Of a stretch of DNA of 64,000 nucleotides, positions 37,897 through 48,149 are shown piece by piece. The DNA is from Flavobacterium sp. (GTDB lineage Bacteria > Bacteroidota > Bacteroidia > Flavobacteriales > Flavobacteriaceae), in NCBI RefSeq assembly GCF_043780635.1, contig NZ_JAYWCK010000030.1, positions 349 through 64,348 on the forward strand, read 5' to 3'. Under the pieces are notes generated by a model. It did no database searches, had not been told where the DNA came from, and saw nothing but the letters and a program-made list of their open reading frames with translations. The first letter of the stretch is position 1. Each line of letters opens with the position of its first letter. Both the position numbers and the translations under genes were made by a program.

Positions 37897-40317
37897 ATGA
37901 AAAAGCATTATTTCTTTTATTTTCTTTTATTTTTTACTTTAGGGTACGGACAGAAGAAATCATTACAAACAAAATTCACTTTCGAAAAGATTACTTTAGA
38001 CGGCAAACTTGATGAAACCATTTGGCAATCGGTTCCTATTGCAACAGATTTTATAATGTTTCAACCGGATAATGGCAAAGTTGTTGCCAAAAACAAAAGA
38101 ACAGAAGTTCGTGTACTTTACGACAACGAAGCCATTTACATTGGAGCATTACTTTATGATAATGAACCCGACAAAATCTTAAAAGAAATTAACAGAAGAG
38201 ATGAATTTGGAACATCTGATTTTTTCGGGGTGTTTATTAATGGTTATAATGACGGTCAACAAAATTTTCAGTTTTTCGTAAATGCAGCAGATGGCCAAGC
38301 TGATTGTTTAGCAACAGACACTAATGGGGAGGATTATTCGTGGGATGCTGTTTGGGAGAGTAAAGCCGTAATCACCGAATTTGGTTGGGCTGTAGAAATG
38401 AGAATTCCATATGCTGCTTTGCGTTTCTCAAGTGAAAAAATACAAACCTGGGGAGTCAATTTTTTCAGAGAAATACGTAGAGATCGAGAAAAATATTCCT
38501 GGAATTATATTGATTCGAAAATTGGAACATTTACCCAACAAAATGGAACCCTAGAAGGAATTGAAAACATTAAAACCCCTACCCGTCTTTTCTTTTTACC
38601 TTATGGATCTTTTTATACTTATGCCAATGCTGGTCAAAAAACCTATGGTGAATTGAAAGGTGGCTTGGATATCAAATACGGAATAAACGATGCTTTTACG
38701 CTAGATGCCATGCTTATTCCGGATTTTGGTCAAACTAAATACGATGATCGCATTTTAAATTTAAGTCCATTTGAACAACAATTTAATGAAAATAGAGGTT
38801 TTTTTACAGAAGGTACAGATTTATTCAGCAAAGGAAACCTTTTTTATTCTAGGAGAATTGGAGGACCCCCTTCCTATCACCCTGAGGCAAAACCAAATGA
38901 AGAAGTAATCGAAAGTCCTAACAGTGTAGAATTATACAATGCGACCAAAATTTCAGGTAGAACAAAAGGCGGTTTAGGTATTGGATATCTAAATGCTGTA
39001 ACAAAAAAAACGTATGCCACTATTAAAAATACCGATACTCAAGAAACAACTGCAGTTTTAATTGAGCCATTGACCAACTACAACATCATTGTTTTTGACC
39101 AACGTTTTCACAAAAACTCTTCAATTTCATTTTTAAATACAAATGTCACAAGAAATGGCTCCTTTAGAGACGGAAATGTATCAGCATTAGTTTGGGATTT
39201 AAATACTTCTAAAAACACTTACAATCTATCCGGAAATTTCGAGTACAGTTATGTAAATGATATTATTAACAAAAAAAATGGAATAAATACCACTTTGGAT
39301 TTTTATGAAAAGAGTGGAAAATACCGTTATAATATAGGAGCCAATATGGTTTCAAAAGATTTTGACAGCAACGATTTAGGAATTAATTTTGAAACCAACT
39401 TTTATAGTTTTTACGGTAACACTAGCTACCGTATTCTAAATCCAACGAAAATTTTCAACTCTTTTAATACCAACATCAATGCCTTTACTCAGATTCAAAA
39501 AGAAACAGGCACAGTGCAGGGTAATCAGATCAATTTAAACGTTAATTCAACTACCAAAAAGAATCATTATGTCGGTTTTGGACTTCAATATCGTCCAATG
39601 GAAAATTATAATTACTACGAACCAAGAACAGAAGGTCGTTACAGTATTGACCCGACAAGATTTGGAGGTTGGTGCTCAATTTCATCTAATTACAATAATA
39701 AATTTGCCTTTGACATTAATCCTTCTTTTGCCATTTTAAATGAGCCAGGAAGAAAGTCAATTGGAGTAGATTTCAGTCCAAGATATCGCTTCGATGATCA
39801 TTTAGCATTGAGTTATACTTTTAATTTTTTTAAACAAAATAACAATAAAGGCTATACAGATAGCATAAATGAGGACAACAATAGTGTTACGCCAAACACT
39901 ATTATTTATGCCAGTAGAAATGTAGTCACGTATACAAATACTCTCAATGGAAAATATTCAATAAATAGTAAAATGAATTTTGATCTTTCCGCACGTTATT
40001 ATTGGTCATATACTGAAAACAAAAATTTTCTTAAACTAGGAGATGATGGAAGGCTTAGCCCTTATAATGACTATACAGAAAACAAAAATCAAAACCTGAT
40101 TACTTGGAATTTGGATGTATCATACAATTGGTGGTTTGCTCCAGGAAGTCAAATGACCATTTTATATCGAAGTAATGCTGCAAAATATGACAATTTAATC
40201 AATAAAGATTTTGGCAACAATTATACTAGTTTACTTAATAATAAAGACTTAAACCATATAATATCCATTAGTGTAAAATATTTTATTGATTACAATCAAG
40301 TGAAAAAAATATTCTAA
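37897..40317 (+). CDS. CBM9-like / DUF5916-type protein, tandem paralogue
   Basis: Colinear with the upstream gene, with many identical blocks (for example GIENIKTPTRLF, DIKYGINDAFTLDA and GNLFYSRRIGG). Start set at the ATG at 37897, because the track start is a TTG. Confidence 0.7.
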   Translation: MKKHYFFYFLLFFTLGYGQKKSLQTKFTFEKITLDGKLDETIWQSVPIATDFIMFQPDNGKVVAKNKRTEVRVLYDNEAIYIGALLYDNEPDKILKEINRRDEFGTSDFFGVFINGYNDGQQNFQFFVNAADGQADCLATDTNGEDYSWDAVWESKAVITEFGWAVEMRIPYAALRFSSEKIQTWGVNFFREIRRDREKYSWNYIDSKIGTFTQQNGTLEGIENIKTPTRLFFLPYGSFYTYANAGQKTYGELKGGLDIKYGINDAFTLDAMLIPDFGQTKYDDRILNLSPFEQQFNENRGFFTEGTDLFSKGNLFYSRRIGGPPSYHPEAKPNEEVIESPNSVELYNATKISGRTKGGLGIGYLNAVTKKTYATIKNTDTQETTAVLIEPLTNYNIIVFDQRFHKNSSISFLNTNVTRNGSFRDGNVSALVWDLNTSKNTYNLSGNFEYSYVNDIINKKNGINTTLDFYEKSGKYRYNIGANMVSKDFDSNDLGINFETNFYSFYGNTSYRILNPTKIFNSFNTNINAFTQIQKETGTVQGNQINLNVNSTTKKNHYVGFGLQYRPMENYNYYEPRTEGRYSIDPTRFGGWCSISSNYNNKFAFDINPSFAILNEPGRKSIGVDFSPRYRFDDHLALSYTFNFFKQNNNKGYTDSINEDNNSVTPNTIIYASRNVVTYTNTLNGKYSINSKMNFDLSARYYWSYTENKNFLKLGDDGRLSPYNDYTENKNQNLITWNLDVSYNWWFAPGSQMTILYRSNAAKYDNLINKDFGNNYTSLLNNKDLNHIISISVKYFIDYNQVKKIF

Positions 40318-40539
40318 AAAAATTAGAAATCTAAAATTAGCTTCTAGCCATTTATTTCCTTTATATTTTACAAAATATTATTCAAAAATCAAATTTGTTC
40401 TACAAGGTTTTCGGAGATTATTTATTGCATTTATGGTATAAAAAAATACATTTTACAACACATTTTAAAGTATTTGTTGTACTTCTCATTTTTATATATA
40501 ATAGTAGTTTTGACGTACTTATATTTTTTTGGAAAGCTT

Positions 40540-40547
40540 TATCTTTG
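40540..40547 (+). promoter_or_regulatory. -7 box (TATCTTTG) upstream of gpmI
   Basis: TAnnTTTG match 17 nt upstream of the ATG at 40564. Confidence 0.35.
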
Positions 40548-40563
40548 CAAAAAATAAATCACA

Positions 40564-42081
40564 ATGAACAAAAAAGTAATCCTTATGATTCTAGACGGTT
40601 GGGGAAATTCTCCTGATCCTAAAGTCTCCGCAATTGACAATGCTAATATTCCTTTCATCAAAAGTTTATATAAAAAATATCCCGTAGCACAGCTTCGAAC
40701 CGATGGTTTAAATGTAGGTTTGCCTGAAGGTCAAATGGGAAATTCCGAAGTAGGACATATGAATCTTGGTGCCGGTAGAATTATTTACCAAGATTTGGCA
40801 AAATTAAATCTTGCCGTTGAAAACAAAACATTAAACACTGAACCAGTACTTGTTGATGCGTTCCAATATGCAAAAGACAAAAATGTTAATATTCATCTTC
40901 TTGGATTAGTTTCTGATGGTGGTGTTCATTCTCATACTTCACATTTACGAGGTTTAATTGATGCTACACAGGATTTCGGATTGCAAAAAGTCTTTGTTCA
41001 CGCTTTCACTGATGGACGTGATGTGGATCCAAAATCTGGCGCAACTTACATCCAAAACTTAGAAAACTATATCGCAAAAACTTCGGTTAAAATTGCTTCA
41101 GTTGTTGGAAGATATTACGCAATGGATCGTGATAAACGCTGGGAAAGAGTAAAAATAGCTTATGATTTGTTGGTAAACGGAACAGGAACACATTCTAAAA
41201 ATGCGATAAAAAGCATTGAAGAAAGCTACGAAAACAACGTGACCGATGAATTTATTAACCCAATTGTTGTGGTTGATGAAAATGAAAAACCATTAGCCAC
41301 GATTAAAGAAAATGATGTTGTTATTTTCTTCAATTTCAGAACAGATAGAGGTCGCGAACTTACTGAAGTCTTATCGCAACAAGATTTCCACGAGCAAAAT
41401 ATGCACAAATTGAATTTGTATTATGTTACGTTGACCAATTATGATGAAACTTATGAGAACGTAAAAGTTGTTTACAACAAAGATAACGTAACTGAAACTC
41501 TGGGTGAAGTTTTGGAAAAAGCAAACAAAAAACAAATCAGAATTGCTGAAACCGAAAAATATCCTCACGTGACATTCTTCTTTTCGGGTGGAAGAGAATT
41601 GCCTTTTATTGGCGAAAGCCGAATCCTGAAAAACTCTCCTAAAGTTGCCACATACGATTTAAAACCTGAGATGAGTGCTTATGAACTAGCTGATGCTTTG
41701 GTTCCAGAACTTGAAAAAGGCGAAGTTGATTTTGTTTGTCTAAATTTTGCCAATGGCGATATGGTAGGACATACCGGCGTTATGAGTGCAGCAATACAAG
41801 CTTGTGAAGCCGTTGATAAATGTGTCGAAAAAGTGATTACTGCGGCTTTGGCCAATGATTATACAACATTAATTATTGCCGATCACGGTAATTGTGAAAC
41901 GATGATTAATCCTGATGGAACTCCAAACACAGCACATACTACAAATCCAGTTCCTATTATTTTAGTTGATGGGGAATTAAAGGAAATTCACGATGGGGTT
42001 TTGGGTGATATGGCGCCAACCATTTTGGAATTAATGGGAATTGAAAAACCCGAAGTAATGACTAGACATTCACTTTTATAA
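40564..42081 (+). CDS. gpmI: 2,3-bisphosphoglycerate-independent phosphoglycerate mutase
   Basis: 505 aa with LMILDGWG, MGNSEVGH and ADHGN motifs. Confidence 0.94.
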   Translation: MNKKVILMILDGWGNSPDPKVSAIDNANIPFIKSLYKKYPVAQLRTDGLNVGLPEGQMGNSEVGHMNLGAGRIIYQDLAKLNLAVENKTLNTEPVLVDAFQYAKDKNVNIHLLGLVSDGGVHSHTSHLRGLIDATQDFGLQKVFVHAFTDGRDVDPKSGATYIQNLENYIAKTSVKIASVVGRYYAMDRDKRWERVKIAYDLLVNGTGTHSKNAIKSIEESYENNVTDEFINPIVVVDENEKPLATIKENDVVIFFNFRTDRGRELTEVLSQQDFHEQNMHKLNLYYVTLTNYDETYENVKVVYNKDNVTETLGEVLEKANKKQIRIAETEKYPHVTFFFSGGRELPFIGESRILKNSPKVATYDLKPEMSAYELADALVPELEKGEVDFVCLNFANGDMVGHTGVMSAAIQACEAVDKCVEKVITAALANDYTTLIIADHGNCETMINPDGTPNTAHTTNPVPIILVDGELKEIHDGVLGDMAPTILELMGIEKPEVMTRHSLL

Positions 42082-42103
42082 TAATATATTTGAATTTATA
42101 TAA

Positions 42104-42134
42104 AGAGTCCTGCAATTGCGGGACTCTTTTTTTA
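42104..42134. terminator. bidirectional terminator between gpmI and the CoA-transferase gene
   Basis: 10-bp stem AGAGTCCTGC / GCGGGACTCT (one G-U pair) with loop AATT, followed by TTTTTTT. Confidence 0.75.
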
Positions 42135-43406
42135 CTTACAATTTATCAAATTATAATATTCCCTCTCAATCCATTCCTGGTGATTTGGATGAGCTATTTT
42201 AACCAATTCCGTTGCGCGTTGTCGCAGTGTTTTTCCGTACAAATCGGCAATCCCATTCTCCGTAATAATGTATTGAATATGAGAACGTGTGGTAACAACT
42301 CCTGCTCCTTGTTTTAAATGTGGAACAATCCTGCTGTCGCCATTTTTTGTCACAGAAGGCAGCGCTATAATTGCTTTCCCGCCATCACTTAATGAAGCCC
42401 CCCGAATAAAATCCATTTGACCTCCAACGCCTGAGTACATTCTTGCCCCAATAGAATCTGCACAAACCTGACCAGTCACATCAACTTCGATTGCTGAATT
42501 AATCGCCACCATTTTTGGGTTTTTACGAATTCTGGCTGTATCATTTACATACGATGACTCTCTCATTTCAACAAACGGATTGTCATTAACAAAATCATAT
42601 AATCGTTGGGAACCAATTAAAAAAGTAGCCAATGCCCTGCCTCTAGACACGCCTTTAAAATTACCATTTATAACGTCGCTTTCTATTAAATCAATCACGC
42701 CATCAGAAAACATTTCGGTGTGCAAACCCAAGTTTTTATGATTGGATAATTTGGATAAAGCAGCATTTGGAATAGAGCCAATTCCCATTTGCAAAGTGCT
42801 TTCATCTTCTATTAATGAAGCAATATAATTCCCAATTTTATCTTCTAATGGAGAAGATTTTCCCATTTCGTGAGTATATATTGGCGCATCAACTTCAACT
42901 AAAAAATCAATTTCGGAAATATGAAGAAATCCGTCTCCAAAAGTTCTTGGCATTTGCGGATTCACTTGTGCAATTACTGTTTTTGCGCTTTCAATTGCTG
43001 CCAATGTTGCTTCTACTGAAACTCCAAGCGAACAATATCCGTGACTATCAGGTGGAGAAACATGAATAAATGCAACATCCAAAGGCAAAACTTTTTTTCT
43101 AAACAGAGACGGCAATTCACTCAAAAAAACAGGTGTATAAGAACCATTTCCTGCCGCCAAAGTGTGTCTGATATTTGGGCCAATAAAAAAAGAATTGACA
43201 TGAAAGCTTTCGGCTAATTCCGGATTCGCATAACGTGCTTCTCCTTCAATATGCAAATGACACATTTCTACGTTTCTCAATTCAGATGCTCTTTCTGTTA
43301 ATGCGTTTGCCAATATTGTAGGCGCAGCAGCAGCAGCTTGAAGATAAATTCTATTACCAGATTTTACCACTTTTACAGCTTCCTCGGCAGTTACATATTT
43401 ACTCAT
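42132..43406 (-). CDS. acetyl-CoA hydrolase/transferase family protein
   Basis: 424 aa with the typical N-terminus (AEEAVKVVKSGNRIYL) and a GVGGQMDF motif. Confidence 0.85.
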   Translation of the reverse strand: MSKYVTAEEAVKVVKSGNRIYLQAAAAAPTILANALTERASELRNVEMCHLHIEGEARYANPELAESFHVNSFFIGPNIRHTLAAGNGSYTPVFLSELPSLFRKKVLPLDVAFIHVSPPDSHGYCSLGVSVEATLAAIESAKTVIAQVNPQMPRTFGDGFLHISEIDFLVEVDAPIYTHEMGKSSPLEDKIGNYIASLIEDESTLQMGIGSIPNAALSKLSNHKNLGLHTEMFSDGVIDLIESDVINGNFKGVSRGRALATFLIGSQRLYDFVNDNPFVEMRESSYVNDTARIRKNPKMVAINSAIEVDVTGQVCADSIGARMYSGVGGQMDFIRGASLSDGGKAIIALPSVTKNGDSRIVPHLKQGAGVVTTRSHIQYIITENGIADLYGKTLRQRATELVKIAHPNHQEWIEREYYNLINCK

Positions 43407-43723
43407 AAAAATAATTTTCTATAAAGTTACAAGCAATTTTTTAAAAAAATATGATAAAACTCATACATAATCAAATTATTAAATAATGAGTTTTAACAGT
43501 ACATCTTTTTTGGAATACATCCAACAAAGAAAATTCATAATAATTATTGAAGAATCTATTGTGAAAGTTTATAAAACAGGCTTAACGGGCCTATTTGAAT
43601 TAATGAAGGTTTTTGGGAAATATATATTAAATATATTAACCTAAATATCCATTTTTCAAATCATTCGAATCGCTTTTTTTTATTAAATAAAAGTTAATAT
43701 TTCATTATTAAAAGTATTACTAT

Positions 43724-43731
43724 TATATTTG
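43724..43731 (+). promoter_or_regulatory. -7 box (TATATTTG)
   Basis: TAnnTTTG match 34 nt upstream of the ATG at 43765. Confidence 0.3.
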
Positions 43732-43764
43732 CAATAAATATATTGAAAATTTAATTTTATAATT

Positions 43765-44406
43765 ATGAAAAATCTATATTCATTAGTTCTGTTTAGTTTA
43801 ATATTTTCTCAATTTGGTTTGGCTCAAATAGAAAGTAAAGAAAAAAACAAGGAATACACGGACTTGAAAAAAGCATTATTAGAGCCAGAATTGGTGGTTC
43901 GATTGAATTTGAGTAATCAAAATATTGATTTAGAAAATCAAAATTTTTTAGTTTTTAAAAACTTAGAATATTTAAATTTAAAGAATGATCATTTAAAATC
44001 AATCCCTGAATCGATTTCCATGCTTTCTAAGTTAAAAGTACTTGATTTGAGTGGAAATGACTTTATAGAACTTTCAGATGATTTTTATAAACTTACGAAT
44101 TTAGAAGAATTGTATTTAAATGAAGAGAAAAACATCAATCTACCCAAAACGCTTGGACTATTGGGAAAACTTCCCAATTTAAGATCATTGCATCTTGAAA
44201 ATGACAATTTGAATTCACTTCCTGCAGAAATTAAAAATCTGCAAAATCTAGAATTTTTGTACCTGAATCAAAATAGTTTTAAAGAAATCCCAAAAGAAGT
44301 TAAAGGGTTGGATCATTTGCAATATTTGGATTTAAAATACAATAAAATAGCTCCTACAATACAAACCCCTGAAAACATTAATTTTGGTTTCAAAATTAGT
44401 TTATAA
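43765..44406 (+). CDS. secreted leucine-rich repeat protein
   Basis: Signal peptide followed by about seven LxxLxLxxNxL repeats (for example LEYLNLKNDHLKSIP and LKVLDLSGNDFIEL). Confidence 0.8.
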   Translation: MKNLYSLVLFSLIFSQFGLAQIESKEKNKEYTDLKKALLEPELVVRLNLSNQNIDLENQNFLVFKNLEYLNLKNDHLKSIPESISMLSKLKVLDLSGNDFIELSDDFYKLTNLEELYLNEEKNINLPKTLGLLGKLPNLRSLHLENDNLNSLPAEIKNLQNLEFLYLNQNSFKEIPKEVKGLDHLQYLDLKYNKIAPTIQTPENINFGFKISL

Positions 44407-44459
44407 TTCTTAAAAATAGAAAGCAGAAAAAAAATCAATTAATAGATTTATACTAATCA

Positions 44460-45140
44460 ATGGACCAAATTTTATCAAACATCAAAATTCAAATAAACGG
44501 AAAGCTCTATGTAAAAGACCCTGAAACTTCTACATTAGGCAAAAAAATTATTCAAGAGAGCATACTTTTAATCGATAGTATTGGCTTTGAAGAATTTACA
44601 TTTAAAAAATTAGGAGAAAAAATAGGTTCAAATGAAAGTTCCATCTATCGCTATTTCGAAAATAAGCATAAATTATTGGTATACTTATCCTCTTGGTATT
44701 GGAGTTGGATAGAATATCGATTAGTTTTTGCCATATCTAATTATTCTGATTCTTGGGAAAAACTAAAGAAAGCCATTTCAATAGTCACAGAAAAGGTAGA
44801 AGATGATCAAAAAACATTACATATTAACGAATCTATTTTAAATAAAATCATTATTGCAGAATTTACTAAAACTTTTCACACCAAAGAAGTAGACCAAGAA
44901 AATAAAGAAGGTTTTTATTTTATATATATCCGAATAATCAATAGATTAACAACTATAATAAAAGAAGTAAACCCAGAATATTTATATGCCAAAAGCCTCG
45001 CGTCAAGTATTGTTGAAGGAGCCTTGCATCAACACTTTCTTAAAGATCATATGAAATCTATTACTGACTGTAACCAGACAACAAGCCCAACCGCTTTTTA
45101 TTTCGACATTATTGAAAATTTATTAAAAAATAAAATATGA
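44460..45140 (+). CDS. TetR/AcrR family transcriptional regulator
   Basis: N-terminal helix-turn-helix region (GFEEFTFKKLGEKIGSNESSIYRYFENKHKL). Its end overlaps the ABC gene start. Confidence 0.8.
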   Translation: MDQILSNIKIQINGKLYVKDPETSTLGKKIIQESILLIDSIGFEEFTFKKLGEKIGSNESSIYRYFENKHKLLVYLSSWYWSWIEYRLVFAISNYSDSWEKLKKAISIVTEKVEDDQKTLHINESILNKIIIAEFTKTFHTKEVDQENKEGFYFIYIRIINRLTTIIKEVNPEYLYAKSLASSIVEGALHQHFLKDHMKSITDCNQTTSPTAFYFDIIENLLKNKI

Positions 45141-46795
45141 ATTCATTAAAACGACTATTAAATCTTTTAAAATTAGACAAAAAAGATGTTTCACAAATTT
45201 TTTTCTATGCTATTTTTGCAGGAATCGTGAGTTTATCTTTACCATTAGGGATTCAAGCCATTGTGAATTTCATCCAATCCGGTAGAGTAAGTGCTTCTTG
45301 GATTGTATTGGTAATTCTTGTGGTTTTTGGAGTAGCACTGGTAGGTATTTTGTCTTTAATGCAATTGCGAATCACTGAAAACTTACAACAAAAAATGTTT
45401 GTACGTTCGTCTTTCGAATTTGCCTCTCGATTACCTAAAATTGAATTCAAAGAACTTTACGGCTATTATCCGCCAGAATTAGCCAATCGGTTTTTTGACA
45501 CACTTACCATTCAAAAAGGGACTTCTAAATTACTAGTCGATTTCTCGGCTGCCATTTTGCAAATTGTTTTTGGAGTCGTTTTATTATCTCTTTATCATCC
45601 CTTCTTTATTATTTTTGGTATTTTATTGTTGATTCTATTATATATTATTTTTAAATTTTCGTATACTAAAGGAATTGAAACCAGCTTGAAAGAATCCAAA
45701 AACAAATACAAAACCGCGAGTTGGATACAAGAAATTGCTCGAAACAATTTTAGTTTTAGAAATGAACTTAACTATGATTTTGCTTTAGAAAAAAATAATG
45801 GTTATATAAAAGAATATTTATACAGTAGAGAAAACCATTTTAATGTAATCAAAAGACAATTTAGCCATTTGATTATTTTTAAAGTAATTATTACGGCAAG
45901 TTTACTAATCATTGGCGGTTACTTAGTGTTGAATCAGCAAATGAATATTGGGCAATTTGTCGCTGCAGAAATCATTATATTATTAGTAATTAATTCGGTT
46001 GAAAAAATTATTCTTGGACTAGAAACTTTCTATGATGTATTGACAGCAGTGGAAAAAATAGGTCAAGTAACTGATATGAAACTGGAAGAAGAAGTTGCAG
46101 CAGAGAACAAAAATTGTTATACCAATATCAGTATTGAAACAGAAAATATGGAGTTTCAGTTCCCAGGAACGACGTTTGGAATTTTAAAGAACATTAATTT
46201 AAAAATAAATCCAGAAGAGAAAATCATAATTGACGGAGAAAATGGTTCCGGAAAAACAACTCTAATTCGAGTGCTTTCTGGCTTGTTACACCCATCCTCA
46301 GGCAATTTTTACATTAATGACGATACTTTTAGAAAAAAAGATATTAACCAATACCGCTCTAGAACAGGAAGCATTATTCAAGGTGAAACTACTTTTGAAG
46401 GAACTATTTTAGAAAACATCACTTTCAACGATAAAAGCATTAGTACCGAAGATTTAAAATGGGCTCTTGATGGGGTTCAACTTACTAGTTTCATTAAAAC
46501 ACTACCAAAAGGATTAGATACAAAAATATTTCCTGAAGGAAAAGAATTATCTTCTTCAAATGCCCAAAAAATATTGTTGGCTAGAAGCATTATCCACAAA
46601 CCCAACATTTTATTTTATGAAGAACCAACCGATAAAATGGATATCAAGGTTGCCAATGAAATAATCGACTTCATTACTTCCGACAAAAACAAATGGACGG
46701 TAGTTGTCTCCTCCCAAAACCCACATTGGCTTACTAAATGCAATAGAGAAATCACAATGCAAAAAGGAACCATATTATCTGACACTAAAAAATAA
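45137..46795 (+). CDS. ABC exporter (fused TMD-NBD) with degenerate ATPase motifs
   Basis: Six predicted transmembrane segments. Walker A is GENGSGKTT. The signature is LSSSN, Walker B is ILFYEEP, and no His sits at the H-loop position (VVVSSQN). Confidence 0.85.
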   Translation: MNSLKRLLNLLKLDKKDVSQIFFYAIFAGIVSLSLPLGIQAIVNFIQSGRVSASWIVLVILVVFGVALVGILSLMQLRITENLQQKMFVRSSFEFASRLPKIEFKELYGYYPPELANRFFDTLTIQKGTSKLLVDFSAAILQIVFGVVLLSLYHPFFIIFGILLLILLYIIFKFSYTKGIETSLKESKNKYKTASWIQEIARNNFSFRNELNYDFALEKNNGYIKEYLYSRENHFNVIKRQFSHLIIFKVIITASLLIIGGYLVLNQQMNIGQFVAAEIIILLVINSVEKIILGLETFYDVLTAVEKIGQVTDMKLEEEVAAENKNCYTNISIETENMEFQFPGTTFGILKNINLKINPEEKIIIDGENGSGKTTLIRVLSGLLHPSSGNFYINDDTFRKKDINQYRSRTGSIIQGETTFEGTILENITFNDKSISTEDLKWALDGVQLTSFIKTLPKGLDTKIFPEGKELSSSNAQKILLARSIIHKPNILFYEEPTDKMDIKVANEIIDFITSDKNKWTVVVSSQNPHWLTKCNREITMQKGTILSDTKK

Positions 46796-46799
46796 GAGT

Positions 46800-48149
46800 A
46801 TGCTAAATATATCCGACAAAAATAATTTGAACAATGAGGTTCTTGAGAAATATTCTACAGTAAAGAATCTGAGCAATAGGCCTCATTATAAAATTTTGAA
46901 TAGAATAATCCTATGTGTATCTATATTTGCGATTATAGCACTTTTCTTGCCTTGGACTCAAAACATTTCAGGCTCAGGAGCAGTAACAACATTAAAACCC
47001 AATCAAAGACCACAAACTATTCAATCTGTTATTTCTGGTCGAATAGAAAAATGGTATGTTCAAGAAGGAAATTTTGTAAAAAAAGGAGATACAATTCTCT
47101 TTATATCCGAGATAAAAGAAGATTATATGGATCCAAATTTGGTTAAAAACACCAAAAACCAAGTAGATGCAAAAAAACAGTCCTTAGAATCATATGGATC
47201 AAAAGTAGCAACACTTTCCGTGCAAATGCAAGCTATCGAAAGAGAAAAAGGGTTAAAACTCAAACAAGCCGAAAATAAAATTAAACAAGCAAGTTTGAAA
47301 ATAAAAAGTGACAGTATGGATCTCGTAGCTGTAAAAACACAATTGAAAATTGCCAATACCCAATTCAATCGCTCTTTACAATTAAACAAAGAAGGGCTAA
47401 AAGCCTTGTCTGATGTAGAAGAAAAACGCTTAAAACTGCAAGAAGTTGAAGCCAAAATCATCACTCAAGAGAATAAATTTTACACTAGTAAAAATGAATT
47501 CATCAATGCCGAAGTTGAAATCAGCAGAATAACTGCCGAGTATTCTGAAAAAACTTCCAAAGCACAAAGTGATCAATACACTGCGATGAGCAATCAATAC
47601 GACACCGAAGCTCAAGTTAGCAAACTCGAAAATCAATATGCTAATTATAGTATTCGTAATGGAATGTATTACATCAAAGCACCGCAAAGTGGTTACATCA
47701 ATAGAACTTTGCAATCGGGAATTGGTGAAAACATTAAAGAAGGAACTCCCATTGCTACGATTATGCCTTCTAAATATGATATTGCTGTAGAATCTTTTGT
47801 AGACCCAATTGATTTACCTTTAATTAAAAGAGGAGAAAAAGTAAGAGTTTGGTTTGATGGATGGCCAACAATTGTTTTCTCAGGATGGCCTGATATGTCT
47901 TATGGTACTTTTGGTGGTGAAGTAGTGGCAATAGAAAATTTCATCAGCGATAATGGAAAATTCAGAATACTGATTGCACCAGACAAAAATGAAGCTCCTT
48001 GGCCAAAACAATTAAGTATAGGATCAGGCGCACAAACCATTGCCTTACTAAATACAGTCCCGGTTTGGTTTGAATTTTGGAGAACGCTTAACGGTTTTCC
48101 ACCTAATTATTACAATGGAAAAGAGAAACCTTCTAAAGAAAAGAAATAA
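46800..48149 (+). CDS. HlyD-family periplasmic adaptor
   Basis: Start at the ATG at 46800 (MLNISDKNN). One transmembrane segment, a barrel-sandwich motif (VSGRIEKWYVQEGNFVKKGD) and a long coiled coil. Confidence 0.85.
   Translation: MLNISDKNNLNNEVLEKYSTVKNLSNRPHYKILNRIILCVSIFAIIALFLPWTQNISGSGAVTTLKPNQRPQTIQSVISGRIEKWYVQEGNFVKKGDTILFISEIKEDYMDPNLVKNTKNQVDAKKQSLESYGSKVATLSVQMQAIEREKGLKLKQAENKIKQASLKIKSDSMDLVAVKTQLKIANTQFNRSLQLNKEGLKALSDVEEKRLKLQEVEAKIITQENKFYTSKNEFINAEVEISRITAEYSEKTSKAQSDQYTAMSNQYDTEAQVSKLENQYANYSIRNGMYYIKAPQSGYINRTLQSGIGENIKEGTPIATIMPSKYDIAVESFVDPIDLPLIKRGEKVRVWFDGWPTIVFSGWPDMSYGTFGGEVVAIENFISDNGKFRILIAPDKNEAPWPKQLSIGSGAQTIALLNTVPVWFEFWRTLNGFPPNYYNGKEKPSKEKK

Noticed and set aside
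40395-40616. 73-aa ORF upstream of and overlapping the gpmI start.
   Set aside because: It spans the predicted gpmI promoter, has an AT-rich low-complexity translation, and overlaps the well-supported gpmI start.
43486-43644. Unlisted 52-codon ORF (MSFNSTSFLEYIQQRKF...) in the 358-bp CoA-transferase / LRR spacer.
   Set aside because: It has no recognisable motif, signal peptide or double-glycine leader. It cannot be told apart from a chance ORF without comparative or ribosome-profiling data.
46704-46799. Upstream extension of the HlyD ORF into the ABC gene.
   Set aside because: The extension overlaps the ABC C-terminus in another frame. The ATG at 46800, 5 nt after the ABC stop, gives a normal adaptor N-terminus.
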